A DNA stretch of 63,164 nt, filler included, from Catajapyx aquilonaris (lineage: Eukaryota): the NCBI GenBank assembly GCA_000934665.2. It is 4 parts of 4 records of this genome, joined end to end, with 100 filler letters (N's around TTAATTAATTAA, not from the genome) between each part and the next. Parts side by side here need not be neighbours in the genome. Positions count along the whole stretch, not along the records: positions 1 to 15,714 come from JYFJ02007415.1; positions 15,815 to 31,521 come from JYFJ02007417.1; 2 more parts are not named here. One strand, 5' to 3'. The notes beneath the pieces were generated by a model. The model was not told the origin of the DNA. It ran no database searches and worked only from the letters and a program-made list of their open reading frames with translations. Below, piece after piece: positions 13,853 to 26,949 of the stretch. A program made the position numbers and the translations under genes. The stretch's first letter is position 1. Each line of letters opens with the position of its first letter.

Positions 13853-14656
13853 TCACTACGTGTGTGTACTTTTTATTCATATTCTCCTCTGTGCTCACTA
13901 GTTTAATCCGGCTCTTGCAATCATCCTCTATCTGTAAGCAGCTCATATGTAGGCTTTTGTAAGGTTAATATTTGGTAGCTCTTGTGCGTTTGACAGCAAT
14001 GTCCAAGTCGGGTGGTTTTCATGAAGGAGTACAATATATTATTTTTATTCCAGGTTCACTCTCTCTATGCCTTTGGGCCTTTATACTTTGTGTAGAATGC
14101 AACAATGCAGGTGTTCTCCATGTAGCACAGGTGTTCCTCGTGCAGGCAATGCCATCAGTCGTTATTGATTTGGGCGATCATGAAGAGCAATGTGTCTTCA
14201 GTACCTTCGCTCGTTTTTCTCATTCACCATGACGTCAGATATGGCCCGCTTCAGTGCTCGGAGTTAACCCTGGTAAGTTTCCTTCAAGGATCCACCGAAC
14301 CTCGGGCGCCTCTGCTTCGGGGGAGGATGAGGATGTCTCCTGTGTGGTGGCCTCCTGTGTGGTATCTTAAACGTGCGGTAGAATGTCGCTCTGCCATCTC
14401 TGAGTGGCGATCGTACAGATGTGTGTTCGATATATTCTTTCTTCCTACTGACTATATCGACGAGTTGTAAGGGCTTGTGTAAGGGCCTTAACGGCTGGGT
14501 AAGTCCATGAAAAATCCTTAATAGTACCTTCGCTCGATATGCTCGGAAGTTTATCAGCAACTGTTAATATATTCTCGTTCAAAATGGTGTGTGGTCAGAA
14601 GTGTGAACCTGAGGTCGGCTACGAAATCTTGCTGCAAGACGACAGTAGCTTAGCCT

Positions 14657-15476
14657 TGTGACGCCAGGTTTTGACACATATACAGGTAAAGTTAAGGTGA
14701 CCGATGAGTGTTGGAAAGTTGGTACACCTTGCCCCGATTCGGGCTTCCGCTAACCTACTGGCTGGTTAGAGAGAGGGAACCTCTTAGTTTGTTGACCAGC
14801 AGATTACAGGGTACAGTTCAAGACTGACAGGTTCAGATATCAGTGCGACGCAGTTGCCTGCTGGCCCTGATATCGTCTGCCTAGTCAGTGTATGTATGGG
14901 CGACGCAGATGCCTGCTGGCCCATCCATCACACGTGACTGGTCAGTCTTGATTGGACGGATTCGTATATCGGAGCGACGCAGTTACCTGCTGGCCCTGAT
15001 ATGACGAATGCCTAGTCGGTGTTTGACTGTCTCTAACTAAACTGAATATCCTGGAAGGTAAATAAAACAACAATAGTCTTTGTGATAATCGGGTCCCAAA
15101 CTTCCGGCCAAGCCGGTCAGCACCTTCTGGCGATCTTACCTCGCCAGAGGTTGGTGACTGACTGACAAAGCTTACTTACTTAATAAGCTGCTCGACTTCA
15201 TAAGGCCCCTGTGTTTCCCCTTGCGTGCCTGCCATCTGCTTTATTTACCTTTTCACATCCAGAAAACACTGTCGATCTGAAAACTCACAGAATATAAAAA
15301 ATTCCACATCGTTATATAACCTCAAAACACATTTATTTACAGAAATAATACTGTAAAAACAGGATGTACAGGCAGGTTCGAAATAATGTACCTGTTCTTG
15401 CACCCATATCTTCGCATATCTTAATATTTTTAGTGAAATGTTAAACCATGGGATGTAGTCCTAGCGGTTCACGACA
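14657..15476. mobile_element. Possible LTR-like insertion containing three GCGACGCAG.T.CCTGCTGGCCC repeats
   Basis: Begins TGTGACG where similarity to the paralogous sequence at ~2340-2370 stops; possible end CACGACA. No clean target site duplication. Confidence 0.3.
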
Positions 15477-15714
15477 TATTTGCGAAGAAAACTGCATTTT
15501 ATGATAGAAGCAAGCCGCTTGGCACAGCGATACTTTAGACGATTTAGAAAATATTTGCCCGTAGCAGTCACATTTACATCCCTTAGGGGGGGCAGGGGGG
15601 GCCAATTTTTTTTTTAAATTAAATATCAGCCGATTTTTAAAATTTAGGTGTCAATTTCATACGTCTTGACGTCCTAAAGATGATTCCCGAAGCACACGAA
15701 TTTTCGTCACAGAG

Positions 15715-15814
15715 NNNNNNNNNNNNNNNNNNNNNNNNNNNNNNNNNNNNNNNNNNNNTTAATTAATTAANNNNNNNNNNNNNNNNNNNNNNNNNNNNNN
15801 NNNNNNNNNNNNNN
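15715..15814. other. Artificial contig linker N44-TTAATTAATTAA-N44
   Basis: Exactly 100 bp, stop codons in all six frames, repeated identically three times. Confidence 0.97.
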
Positions 15815-16242
15815 CCGGCAGCCATGTTGGGCCCCCCAATGTAGCCCTCCCCTTTCGTACCTATAAAGTTCAGCCTTAGTCCGGTAGGGTCGCCACATAA
15901 ATGCTCTGGGAAATGTCTTGTGGCGGTGTCAAGGGAGCACCCGGTGCGTAATCCCTCGGCAGGTGATAAGCCCAGAAGATAGGGGTAGTGTCCGTGGGCT
16001 GCTCCCGGTGCTCACTTGAGAGAGCCTTTCATCCTCGTATGAGATTCTTAATTTTGACCGACTCTCCCCTTCTACCTAATTTTTGTATAATCAATGTATA
16101 ATTTTTACAGGTTTTAAAAGTTTTAATGAAGCATACTGAACTGAAGTAAACTAGTCAGTTGTCACCTCTTTTTTACACTTTTTTTTTTTACAAATTAGCA
16201 GGTGGAAAAGTTACAGGCACATTGGCTTGACTCATGCAGCTA

Positions 16243-16561
16243 CACTGTACTCCCGATTATCCAGGTGCGGATTACCCATGCATGGCTAAAACAAAGAAAA
16301 GTTCGAAAAAATGTCATTTTTTTTTCTTGCAAACAAAGAAATATAACAGACTTTTTCCAAAAGACAAACTAAAAAGCTACAGAATTTTTTCTAATTTCGT
16401 TTAAATCTGATGTAAAGCAGAATACAGTATGTACAGTCCTTCATTAAAAACCTGTGAACAGTTCATTTTAAGTTTCTAGGACAATTTTCCATTTATCCGC
16501 ATTTTCCAATTATCCGGCGACAGCTGTGTAGTCATTAGCCTGGATAATCGGGAGTACAGCG
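16243..16561. mobile_element. pogo/Tigger-like MITE
   Basis: TA|CACTGTACTCCCGATTATCCAGG...CCTGGATAATCGGGAGTACAGCG|TA. Confidence 0.8.
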
Positions 16562-16643
16562 TATTTGTTGTAGGGACCAGTGGGAGCTCCATAGCACTGC
16601 CCCAATGATGATACCAAGGATTATGCTACCCAGATGAACGATA

Positions 16644-17453
16644 CCGTATTACCTCTCATAAAGAGGCATGGCGATGCAGTCGAGGTCGACCAGTTTTTAG
16701 AAATGCATGATCTGGATATAAGGCGAGGGTTTCATATAAGTTACATTATCCTTTCCGAACTTGACATTTGCCTGAAAATAGAAATTTACGTAAAGGCTAT
16801 CGAAAAGGCACACTTTCCAAATATGGTACCGTACCATATATTGTTTTCAAAGGGCGACATGGTGGCAGAGTGGTTAGCGCCACAGCCTTTTACCTCTGAG
16901 GTCCCGAGTTCAATCCCCGGGTCGGACGGAGGATACTTATGTGGATAGAGTTTCGATGGGTTCTCTCCATGTTTGCGTGGGTTTTCTTGGGATTCTCCCG
17001 TTTCCTCCCGCAATCAAAATCCATCACAGCGCAGGCAATGATTAAAGACGGTTCACGAAAAGATGATACCCTAAAAGGCCCAAGGAGGCCTATCACGGGA
17101 TATCCATTATTATATATTGTTTTCAATTGCAGTGTCTGGCAATACTATGTAAACAGTATGTTGGAGCAGGGGGTTCCCCTGTCAAAGCAAGCTATCGATG
17201 TGATTGGTCACATGCTCTACATTTTTTATATACACTGCGCAACAGAACTTGCATATTCTCACAGCCGGTACACTCCCCCATTTTCATTGTAACATTTAGA
17301 ACGGTACCAGAAGCATTCCAAAAAATTGGGCAAGGATCGAAATTACCGAAATCTACCTTGGTTATTGCGGCATGCCAGCCACCCCCGTGTTATACCGGCA
17401 TGCTGGTCGACCTCTTTTTATACCAGCATGCCGTTTTATGAGAGGTAATACAG
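16644..17453. mobile_element. pogo-like non-autonomous element interrupted by a SINE
   Basis: TA|CCGTATTACCTCTCATAA...TTATGAGAGGTAATACAG|TA; a related end is present at ~56370-56433. Confidence 0.7.
16852..17112 (+). mobile_element. tRNA-derived SINE with V-domain-like core
   Basis: A-box TGGCAGAGTGG, B-box GAGTTCAATCC, then GTTCTCTCCATGTTTGCGTGGGTTTTC...CCCGTTTCCTCCC. Second copy at 49295-49544. Confidence 0.85.
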
Positions 17454-17800
17454 TACCTATCTATATTATTAAAAGCCGACTGTCGTGGAAACTCATCCTG
17501 CACCGTACAGCCTATAGCTTTGGGAGTGGTGTGAAAATTTTGCCCATGTTTTCTATATTTGCAAGCCACTTTTGCTTTTTGGAAATGGTGCCGAGGGACT
17601 GTAAAACTCAAAAAAACGCAAAAAAATATCTGACAGTGGCCTTTCCATGAAATTTCCAATTCCACCGTTCTGAGCGCAGGCGCCACCTCCTGGGTGGCGA
17701 CTCCCTTACTTCTGCACTTCACCGTCTTACTTCTGCATTTCACAGTCGGATGTTGCTTAGATGCTGCTACCTGGTCCTGGTCTCTCTCCCTCTCTCCCAG

Positions 17801-18073
17801 GCCCCCTGTCACTCCTCTGATACAGTAGTGTAATCGCTGTGTCCCATTGTTTGCTAAGCCGCCATCTTGATCAAGGTGCAACTCGGGTGGTAGGTAGCCG
17901 GTGAGTCTGCCTCAGGGCTCGATCTTCTTGCAGACTTACCACTTGAGTGCACCTTGAAAAGATGGCGGCATAGCAAATGCTGTAGCGCCGCCAGTTCCAA
18001 AATCCGGGCTGGCGGAGACACAGGAATTAAACTACCGTATCCATACAGCTATAGGGGGGAAGTGACAGGGGGC
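17801..18073. mobile_element. Small TIR element
   Basis: Inverted ends GCCCCCTGTCACT / AGTGACAGGGGGC. Confidence 0.5.
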
Positions 18074-18564
18074 TGCTCTCTCCACTTTCACAGATTTGCC
18101 TAATTTTCGCAAGTTGGTGCCTAGTTATTGTTATTCTACTACACAACAGTAAGGGTCACCTTAATGATTGTGGTGTTCCTACTCTCATATTTGCATTTGC
18201 AGCGTGGGCAGAATTCCTTCCCCTTGATGTCATCCGAAATTTGGGGTAGAATTACATTATCGCAGTCACTGAAGAGAATCAGATAATATAATAAGTAATA
18301 TTTTCATCACCGCCAAAACATTTGTAGCAAAGAAAAATCAGTAATTCAACTTACCACTTACTAGGAGGCACGTTACCAACATACAATTTCCGGCTGGACT
18401 GCGTGCCATTCACCACTAGGAGGTCAGGGCAGACACATTTGCAGCGCACATCATCATACTGGGCCTGTAACAATGGTGACAATAAAAACCATGTCATTTA
18501 CCTCCCTTTGTACAGTGGCAAGAGCAGCAATAACTGGTAAGATTAGATGCATATATTCAACATA

Positions 18565-19278
18565 CAGGGTGTTCTTCTTAGTGGTTACAAAGTACTAGTT
18601 GAAATGACAGAAGCTATGTGCCAGTTTAAAGAGCAGATCGGATTTTTTTTTTTACATGTCTAATACACTTCTACATGAATTCCACTGGTAACACAGCAAA
18701 GGTCAAACCGGAAGTCTGCCTCAACCCATGTGTTGAGAAGCATTTTGGGGCGTTACGTTCTTAATTGCAGAGCAAATTCTGTCACACAAGTCTGTCAAAT
18801 TATGCACCTGTGTAGCTACACCTGTCTTTAACAAACCCCAACAGGAAAAAGTTAGGTAGAGTTTGATCATGCAATGAACTTTGATCGTTTCCCAATCCAT
18901 CCTGCAATGGCCATCCCAGAATGTGTTGACATCATTGTCAAAGTGATGGGGGGCCCCATCTTATTGAAAATTATTGTTCCTTGAGGTTAGCTGAAGCATA
19001 GCGAATTTCTGTAACATGCCCAGTTATGTAAGTTTAGTTACCATGGTCTCCAAGAAAAAAAGGGACCTGTGATTTTGTACTTCATGACCCCACACCAATC
19101 ATTACATTTAGGAGAATCCCTTTTTTATTAATGAAGTGCATTAGTATATTGAGTGTGTTAGATATGTAAAAAAAAATCTCATCTGCTCTTTAAACTGGCA
19201 CACAGCGTCTGTCATTTCAACTAGTACTTTGTAAGTTATGAATTTTTCTTTTATTATACCTTTAAGCAGAACACCCTG
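18565..19278 (-). mobile_element. Deleted Tc1/mariner (maT-like) element with decayed transposase
   Basis: TA|CAGGGTGTTC...GAACACCCTG|TA with ~80-bp inverted arms. Degenerate remnants resembling FQQDGAPPH, GRWIG and DFFLWG on the minus strand. Confidence 0.75.
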
Positions 19279-20884
19279 TATTTATAGCATTTGCATGCCT
19301 ATTTACCATGAACTTCAGAATTTAGCTCACATCCATATCAGTTGAAGTGTCATGAACTGTCTTGCATTAAGTTGACATTTCTGAGACCAACCAATTTTAG
19401 TCTGTCAGAAGCTCGATATGCATCCCAAACGCAACTCCCCTCTCACCCTTACATTTTATCCGGCCAACAGAATTGCGGGTGTACACAACATTTCTGCCAA
19501 TATGGATGTCAGTTCAATTCTGTAAGACAAAGTGTACAAGGTCCAATGAGGTAAAAGTGAGCCAGTCCAACCAAATGCAGACATGCTACTAATAGGTAAA
19601 AAAAAAAAAACTGCTAAAAATCCTGACACGTCTCATGTACCAGTGACCTTAATGTTGTTCAAGGAGTAGGAGAGCTACTGTCCTACTGATATTCCAAGTG
19701 GGACTCCTCCGACAGACTTGAGGATAAGCTATTGTTTATCCGCATGTTAACAACAAGGCCTCCAGACGGTTGGCAACGTTGCGTCGCAAACAATCGGGTG
19801 CCTATTGATACTGCTGCATGGTTACATGGAACTGTGCTTTATTTTTCTTTTCGGGCTTTCGGGGATTCAATTCGAGATTTTGAGGTGATTAAGTGGATGG
19901 AATAGCCCTTTGTCTTGGTATTGCTGTATGGCTTTTTGTTACCGCAACAGTACTGTACATTGTTGTGGCCCTGCCAGGCACGGTACGTCGCCCGTGCGTG
20001 ATATTTTTAGTTTTTGCGGAGCGATAGCGGAGCTGGGCGCTTATTGTGGGTTTCTGTATCCGCAACATTTACTGTCCGTCTTGTGGCGCCGCAGGCCAAC
20101 GAACATTATTGTGGCTTCGCCAAGCGCGAAGTACACCTTCACACAGTCCGTTAAACCAACGAACTACATGACGCCAAGTTCCGCCCGCCACCACCCGGCT
20201 CTCCCCTCCAATCATGCCCATGACTCACTCTGCAGGCATACTACTGCACACGCTCAGAAAACACGGCTGGTGTGACATCATATCGTTCTTTGGGTTAACG
20301 GACTGCAGCATAACCATCATGGCTTTCATATTTCCCACCTCCTTCATTAATACTGTGGTCCTAGCACTCGTCTGAACGGTTCGCGTGGCAGGGGTAAGAA
20401 GACGCCCTCTGTTGTGCTCTCCCGGCAACCGGTTGTTTGCGACGCGTAGCCAACATGTTTGAAGCACAGCGTCGCTATGTGCGGATAAACGATAGACTTT
20501 CCAGACTTGATTGGGTCCAACTGCCATAAGGGTAGGGGACACATGAATATGAAATAGTGGGAAAAAGAGTGGCAACAAGTGACTTGCAGTGAAAAGTTTA
20601 TTCAAGTGTACTTTCCAAGACTATTCAGACATCTGTCTCATTGCTGGGCCAATTATACCCAATAGAGTTGCCTCTGGCAGTTTTACCAGAAACATTCTCC
20701 AATTGGTTACCACAGCAATAATAATTTTATGGCAGGTACATTGGATGTGTTTGGTCCAGCAGTGGTACAGAAATCTGCTCATCACAAATGTCCTAATGGT
20801 CTTGATGTTACACTTATAATAATAATAATAACTGGGGTAGTGCTTTCACCCCCAACTGGGGGTATATCACACGTTCCTTTATTT

Positions 20885-21251
20885 TTGTTATTATTATTGT
20901 ACAGTATAGCTGGTGCAGGGACAGGGTAGGGATAGGAGGGAGGGACACTGGTGCATGTGCAATGTCTCAAGTTGGGGGTCGTGTGCAGTCCCTCAGGGGG
21001 TCCGTTCGCCATAGATGGCCCCCCGCCTAGATGCGGGTCAGAAACCCCCGACTGACCCGCATCTCCTCCAGGACAGGGAAAGGAGGGAAGCGGCTGTGGC
21101 CTATATTACAGTACGATCCCGGAAATTATTCCTGGAGCGACCTTGGAAAACCACAGAAAACCAAGGTCAGGATCGCCGGCCTCCGGGTCGAACCCAGGAC
21201 CTCCCGATTAGCAGTCGGATACCAAATCCCCTCCGCTACCACTGCTTCGGT
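20885..21251 (-). mobile_element. tRNA(Ser)-derived SINE
   Basis: ACCGAAGCAG..GACTGCTAATC..GGTTCGA head and GGCCACAGCCGCTTCC core; related copies at 28610 and 48670. Confidence 0.8.
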
Positions 21252-22480
21252 AACTTGATGTTACACTTGAATAAGGCAAGCCCTCCAAAACATTACTCCC
21301 ATTTCTTATTCCCTTGTGCCCCCTCCCCCATCACATCAGATAACTTGGACAGAACTTTAAAAATTACATCAGTGGCCATTGCATTTCATGTGGCTCGAAT
21401 TATTCTCAAGGGGGTCCTATAGGTGTTGGAGGAGAAGTCATGGGCCGTCATTTTTAAAAGTCTGACATCTAAGCCTTCACAGAGATGCAGTTCAGCTCTG
21501 TCAAGGCTTAGATGTTAAGACTTTTTAAAATGTTTGTGGCTTTCAGGGTCTCTTCAGCTTGGTCTCAGGTTAGTTTTCTGAGAAGACTAACCACCGAAGA
21601 CCCTGCAATTGCCACTTATGACATTGCACTTGGTAGGGCACATAATCACAGACATGTGAAAGTACACATTGTCCATATATCTTTAAAAAAAGGCAGATCC
21701 CACCCATCATCTTATCTGAATCCTCCCCTTCCAGGTCACCCTTTGCAATAACTACTAATAAATGGGATGTGAAGTTTAAAAAAGTGGAAGTGGTCATATG
21801 TCATCATTTTTACAAAGGTATCTTGAAAATAATTGTAAGCAAGGCATGACAACTCCGAGTAGTATTTCCAAACCTCACATCATGTTCAGTGATAGCAGTG
21901 GGTGGGTGCCGCCTAAAAAATGGACTATAAGTAGTGCCGTAGTGGTAGCCAACTCTCATGTTCTATGGAGACTCTTATCATGCAAGCTGGATCAACCATT
22001 GACTTCACTCATGCAACTCAGAAGCCTGTCTCTTTAGAACTATCAGCACACTACCAATGGAAAAACTCAGGGGGAAAAACCCACCAGAGTTGTATTGTAC
22101 CAAGATGCATTTGGATTAAACTTTTTTCGACAGGACCCATACAGTATAAGCCAATATTGGGTGGTATTGTGTATTCTGGAAGTCAAGGCATTTTCCACCC
22201 ACCACATCTTAACCCCACCCCACTACGGATCACCCACAAGAAACCTGCAAGCGTGAGAAGGGTTGTGAAGATTCAGAACAAAAACCCCTTCTTTGAGCAG
22301 AATTGACTATTGCCCCACTTTTCTCTCACGTCAATTTTAGGGAGCATTTTGATGCACAGAGGGTGTGGCTTACGCTCCGCATTCCTCTCTATTCAGAATT
22401 GTCATCCAGAGAAATGAGGGGATAAAATAGAGCAACATGATGATTTTAGTAGAAGTACTGTACTATATTCCCTAATGATT

Positions 22481-22775
22481 GGGGAGGCGGAGTGGTGCTG
22501 CGGTAACATATGCGCCCATGGATGCCAAGGTCCCGGGTTCGATCCCAGCCCGGGGACACCCCCTTCATCTCGTGCAGAGTTCAGGGTCACCTCTGGCTTC
22601 GTCTCGGGTGGTATTTCCAACAGACTAAACCACCCGGGGGAGTTCACTAAAAATGGCCACGTTTAAGACATTGCACTGCACCTTGCACATCCCCTCCTGT
22701 CATCCTGCCCATGGGCCCGGGGGCTTCGTCAAAGGTTCCAATTGTGTACGTTGTACAAGTTCTAGTAAATAAAGG
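22481..22775 (+). mobile_element. tRNA-derived SINE (third family)
   Basis: GGGGAGGCGGAGTGG..CGGTAA..GGTCCCGGGTTCGATCCC head and AATAAA tail. Confidence 0.7.
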
Positions 22776-22945
22776 TCCATGCAATATAGTTTTAAGGAGT
22801 TAAATTTTAGAAAAAATATTCGTGCTTTGTACCTGAATCTAACAAGGGAAGGTCATCCATTGTAGATGGAGTTGCTGAATGAAACTTGGCACAATAATAG
22901 AGTCAGGTAAGTTATTAGCCAAAATGCAAACCGTTTCGGCACAAT

Positions 22946-23373
22946 GCTACAAGGTCAAAAGTTACGACCTCTCGATGTCAGCCCGGACAGCTTACCTTAG
23001 GAGCAAAGTTTCAGATATCGCACTCAAAAAAGCACTCATTTTCAGTTTTTGGCCCCTAGGTTTGTTAACTTCATTAAGTACGTATTTCACAAAGCTGGCT
23101 ATTTGGAAGAGAGGCCTGATGCATTCCAAACGCCTTCCGAAGTCTGCTTCGACTCGAGTAGTAGTCTAAATGATTTACATGCCTGCAATGCGGGAACTTG
23201 TTGTTTATGAGATGTGCTCATTGTACAATGTGTTCTGTTTAGAACATATAATTAAAAACATGCATAAGTGCTCATTTTCTATGCTTCTTTTCATCTGCCA
23301 GTGCTTTACCCTTCCCACTTAGGTAAGCTGTCCGGGCTGATATCGAGAGGTCATTAACTTTTGACCTTGTAGC
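22946..23373. mobile_element. Inverted-repeat (foldback) element
   Basis: GCTACAAGGTCAAAAGTTA...CCCGGACAGCTTACCT mirrored at ~23320-23373. Confidence 0.7.
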
Positions 23374-23479
23374 CAGGACCGTATTTATACTTGAGTCACG
23401 GGTAGGTAGTTGGTCATCTGCCGCCCCCCTCCCCCACTCCTGAATACAGTATTGAATAATTTAACATTGACTGCATATA

Positions 23480-24232
23480 CAGGATTGGGCAAAATTATTA
23501 AAAGTATTTGAATCACGTGGTACGGTGGTGCTATTTGCACATGCGCTGGATATTGGCATGTGCTGGAGTGGGGAAGGTATGCCATTTGCAAAAATTGCAT
23601 CGTGGTCAGCAGAACACAATGCATTCGTTGTGGAGGATTATTTTTAAAATAATGAATCCCCCATACCTGTACAAAGTATCTTTCTTCGCCTTTTTGGGCT
23701 GGAACCTCAGGATAAAAGTCCCCGACCACCTGACATTCATAAAATGGGTGAAGCAGTTCTGGGACACATCTTCAAGCCTGGATCCGACAGCACTGGATGT
23801 AAAAGGACACCTCAGACCCCTCAACGGAGCTTCAAATGGCCGATCGCTGAGGACTTCGGAGTAGCGCATTGCCTACCTCTTGTACCCCTTGAGAGGTCCT
23901 CTGTGATCTTTGACGTCCAGTGCTTTCTGGTCCCAGCTTGAAGCTGTGTCCCAGAACTGCTTCACCCATCTTATGAACGTCCGGTAGTCAGGGACTTTGT
24001 CCTGACGTCCCTGCCCAATAAGGCGAAGAAATATCCTTTGTACAGCTACGGGGGACTCATTATTTTTAAAATAATCCTCCACGATGAATGCATGGTGTTC
24101 TGCTGACCACGACAGAATTTTTGCAAATGGCATACCTTCCCCACTCCAGCACATGCCAATATCCAGCGCATGCGCAAATAGCACCACCATACCACGTGTT
24201 TCAAATACTGTTAATCATTTTGCCTAACCCTG
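23480..24232. mobile_element. Fully palindromic Tc1/mariner derivative made of two head-to-head 5' ends
   Basis: TA|CAGGATTGGGCAAAA...TTTTGCCTAACCCTG|TA. Both arms carry the transposase N-terminal HTH (WSAEHHAFIVEDYFKNNESPVAVQR..VPD..TFIRWVKQF). Confidence 0.88.
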
Positions 24233-26949
24233 TAAAATACAATACAAAGCTTCTGTTCGCACAGCAGTTGAATTTTTAAAATGTTTAATACGGATTGGGA
24301 GCAGTTACAATAGAAATGAGGTGGGAGTGCGTGCCCTGAAACACGGTTTTCCCAGACGCAGTCGGGAGTGCGTTTGGGGGGAATGAGACGTGGTGCGGGG
24401 ACTACATCTTGATACTGACTTAGTCTGGGTGGTGAGGCAAAGGTGCCTCCGCATGGTCAGAGAAAGAGGCGAAGGATGTCAGCGCGATGCATTTCAGAAG
24501 CAGCGGCCGCGGTTGCTTCTTTTCTTTTCTTTTCAGTGCAATAGTCGAAGAAATACAACATAGCAGGGTATTCGGCTTCCCAAACACCGGAGCTATCATT
24601 TTTGCGTAGCTTGTTATGCCCCGATACAACATACAAGTGACCAATTTACTCCCAGGCGTGCTCCATAAGGTTGTCGTGGCAGTTTTATAATATAATAGGG
24701 CACCTGGGCGGGGGCACAGGAAGCTACACAAAAAAAAAACATATTCGAGGTAAATTTCCTATAACTAAAACGACCTGCACACTTGGAACACCCTGTATAT
24801 TATTCCATTCGTTGAATATGGTTTCATCTTTAATACCCCATATTTAATTTTATTCAGTGCACAATATTATCATGTAAATCCATGCCAGGTACTGTACTAT
24901 ACTTCGTGTATTACGATTTTTTGGTATCTGAGACTATATATCATATCTGCAATGAGCTTCTCTCCATCAATAATGATGATTAACAATTGCAAACATTAGA
25001 GTATTCTACAGCGATAAACCTAGCTCTGTCCATAACCTGTTACCTGTAGGCCAGGTTGCACATCAGAAGAATTTACTGCAAAAAATCTTTACAAATATGT
25101 AGGGATTTTCTGAAAGAACCTGAGTTTTAGCATAAACCTGTCTTGGTGAAACAGGCTCTTATTTATTGTTGTGATCAAGTCCACAGGTCGTCAATTCCGA
25201 ATTGAGATCAATTCGTAAGTAAATGCATTTCCGAAATAAAAGTAATCCATAGCTCAATTCTGCAGGTCAAGGAAATTTAATGCAAGCATTTAAATTTATT
25301 CAATCAATAAGAACGTTATCAACCATAATTATGTTCATGTCAGAATGTTCTCATTACAATATTATTCCATTCATCCATTTGGAATTAATCCCGAATTAAA
25401 GCAAGTCCGTATGACTATAGTGAATTTGTGACCACGATTGTGATCATCACTGGTACTAACACGAGCAGCTCACAGATGGCAGCGTGAAACAACACTGGCA
25501 GCTCACCACGTCTCAAAACCGGTTTCAACCACAGTCGGGAGGAGCTCGTCTGCACCCCAAATTCTGCTCCCAAATTTGCCGCTGTAGGCAGTTGCCTACT
25601 TTGCCTATTACGAAGTCCGGGCCTGCTTGTAGCAGTGTGCCGAAAAGGTCTTCATTTCAGTTAATTACTTACCTGCCTATATTATTGTGCCAAGTATCAT
25701 TCAGCAACTCCATGCACAATGGGTGACCTTTCCTTGGAAGATGCATCCTATTTTGTGCCTGGTTTTTTAAAAAGACAATGTGTCTTAGATTTGAGTCAAG
25801 AGGCTATTCATGGGCAACAAGTGACAGCATAACGAGTTGCTTCACAATGATAATTTTCTACAGCATATCCCTCAGCCAGTCTGGTACAGTACTGCTTCCA
25901 TCAGCAAAACAAATATGGACTAGAAACCATTTTTAGCTTCCGCTTCACCACAGGCCCTGAGAATTGAACATACGCAATAAAATGAAATCTGCTTGCTAAT
26001 AGCCACATTTTATTTCAAGTACTGTCCTTACATGTTGGACATATCTCTTTCCATAAACTAAATGATAACTGCATTGTGGTTTTGAAATGTATGTACAAAG
26101 CACTACAAAGTAAGAAGTTACATATTCTTGTCGCACATTGAAAAGTCACTGTTGAAGGTGAAGAGGGGAGAGTAATTATCCACATCACATCTCCGTTATA
26201 AAGAAATTACCACACTGGAATTTTTTTGGCTACTTCCGCCGTATAAAAATTGACCAAAAATATATAATGTACACAACTCCCAAGAATATGTAACCTGTTG
26301 GCTTTATTTTGTTGCACGTTAAATACATCCCTCCCCTTTGTAATGCCGAGACAGCTGTGCACTGGAAAGAACACTAGCACTATTACAAGAATATGTGAAT
26401 TTCCACTTTTGCATTACATTTATTTTTCCATGGCATTCCAATTTTGTCAATCTCCATTCACATTAACGATTGCTTCATTATATACAGGAGTAGAAACAGA
26501 AAGTCACTGGACAAATACTGATGCCAAGAAAAAATAACGCACATAAGTCAAAATGCTATGACATAGCAAGCTCGTAGCAAATCATTAAAAAAAATGACGA
26601 AAGAAAAAAGAGAAACGAGAAACACTCTTAAAGGTATATCTAACAGGATGAGAATGACATACCTCACAAATTGTCAGAAACAAACAAATGCCAAAAACTG
26701 AATTATATCCATCAATAAAAAATAACAAGTTTATTGGTTTCATCACAATACCCAGACCATTTCCACAGCACCATCCATTTTTCACAACCCAAACTCCCAT
26801 TTTAACACTCAAAGGACTAATGGGGAACCAAGAAGACACTGCAGGGATTAGGTGTGGTTTTCCAACTTTTCAGCCTCCCCACCTCCCCAGTCCCTATGTT
26901 TACCACAGGCCCCAGTCACTCCCTATACCAATACATTGCTACCCCCCTG

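Larger units (their letters stand above)
1949..14656. repeat. Mosaic of shuffled duplicated blocks
   Basis: Block A ~1949-2335 = ~5597-5972 = ~13430-14073 (partial ~2978-3205). Block B ~4085-4850 = ~11077-11706. Block C ~4857-5350 = ~12920-13413. Block D ~7121-7240 = ~14161-14287. A further module at ~6440-6575, ~10740-10900 and ~11800-11960. Confidence 0.9.

Noticed and set aside
14840..15000. CRISPR-like direct repeats GCGACGCAG.T.CCTGCTGGCCC
   Set aside because: Three copies with partly homologous spacers, eukaryotic context and no cas genes.
17390..17881. 163-aa ORF with a TVKCRSK repeat
   Set aside because: Spans TE ends and a short tandem repeat; no supported splice structure or recognisable family.
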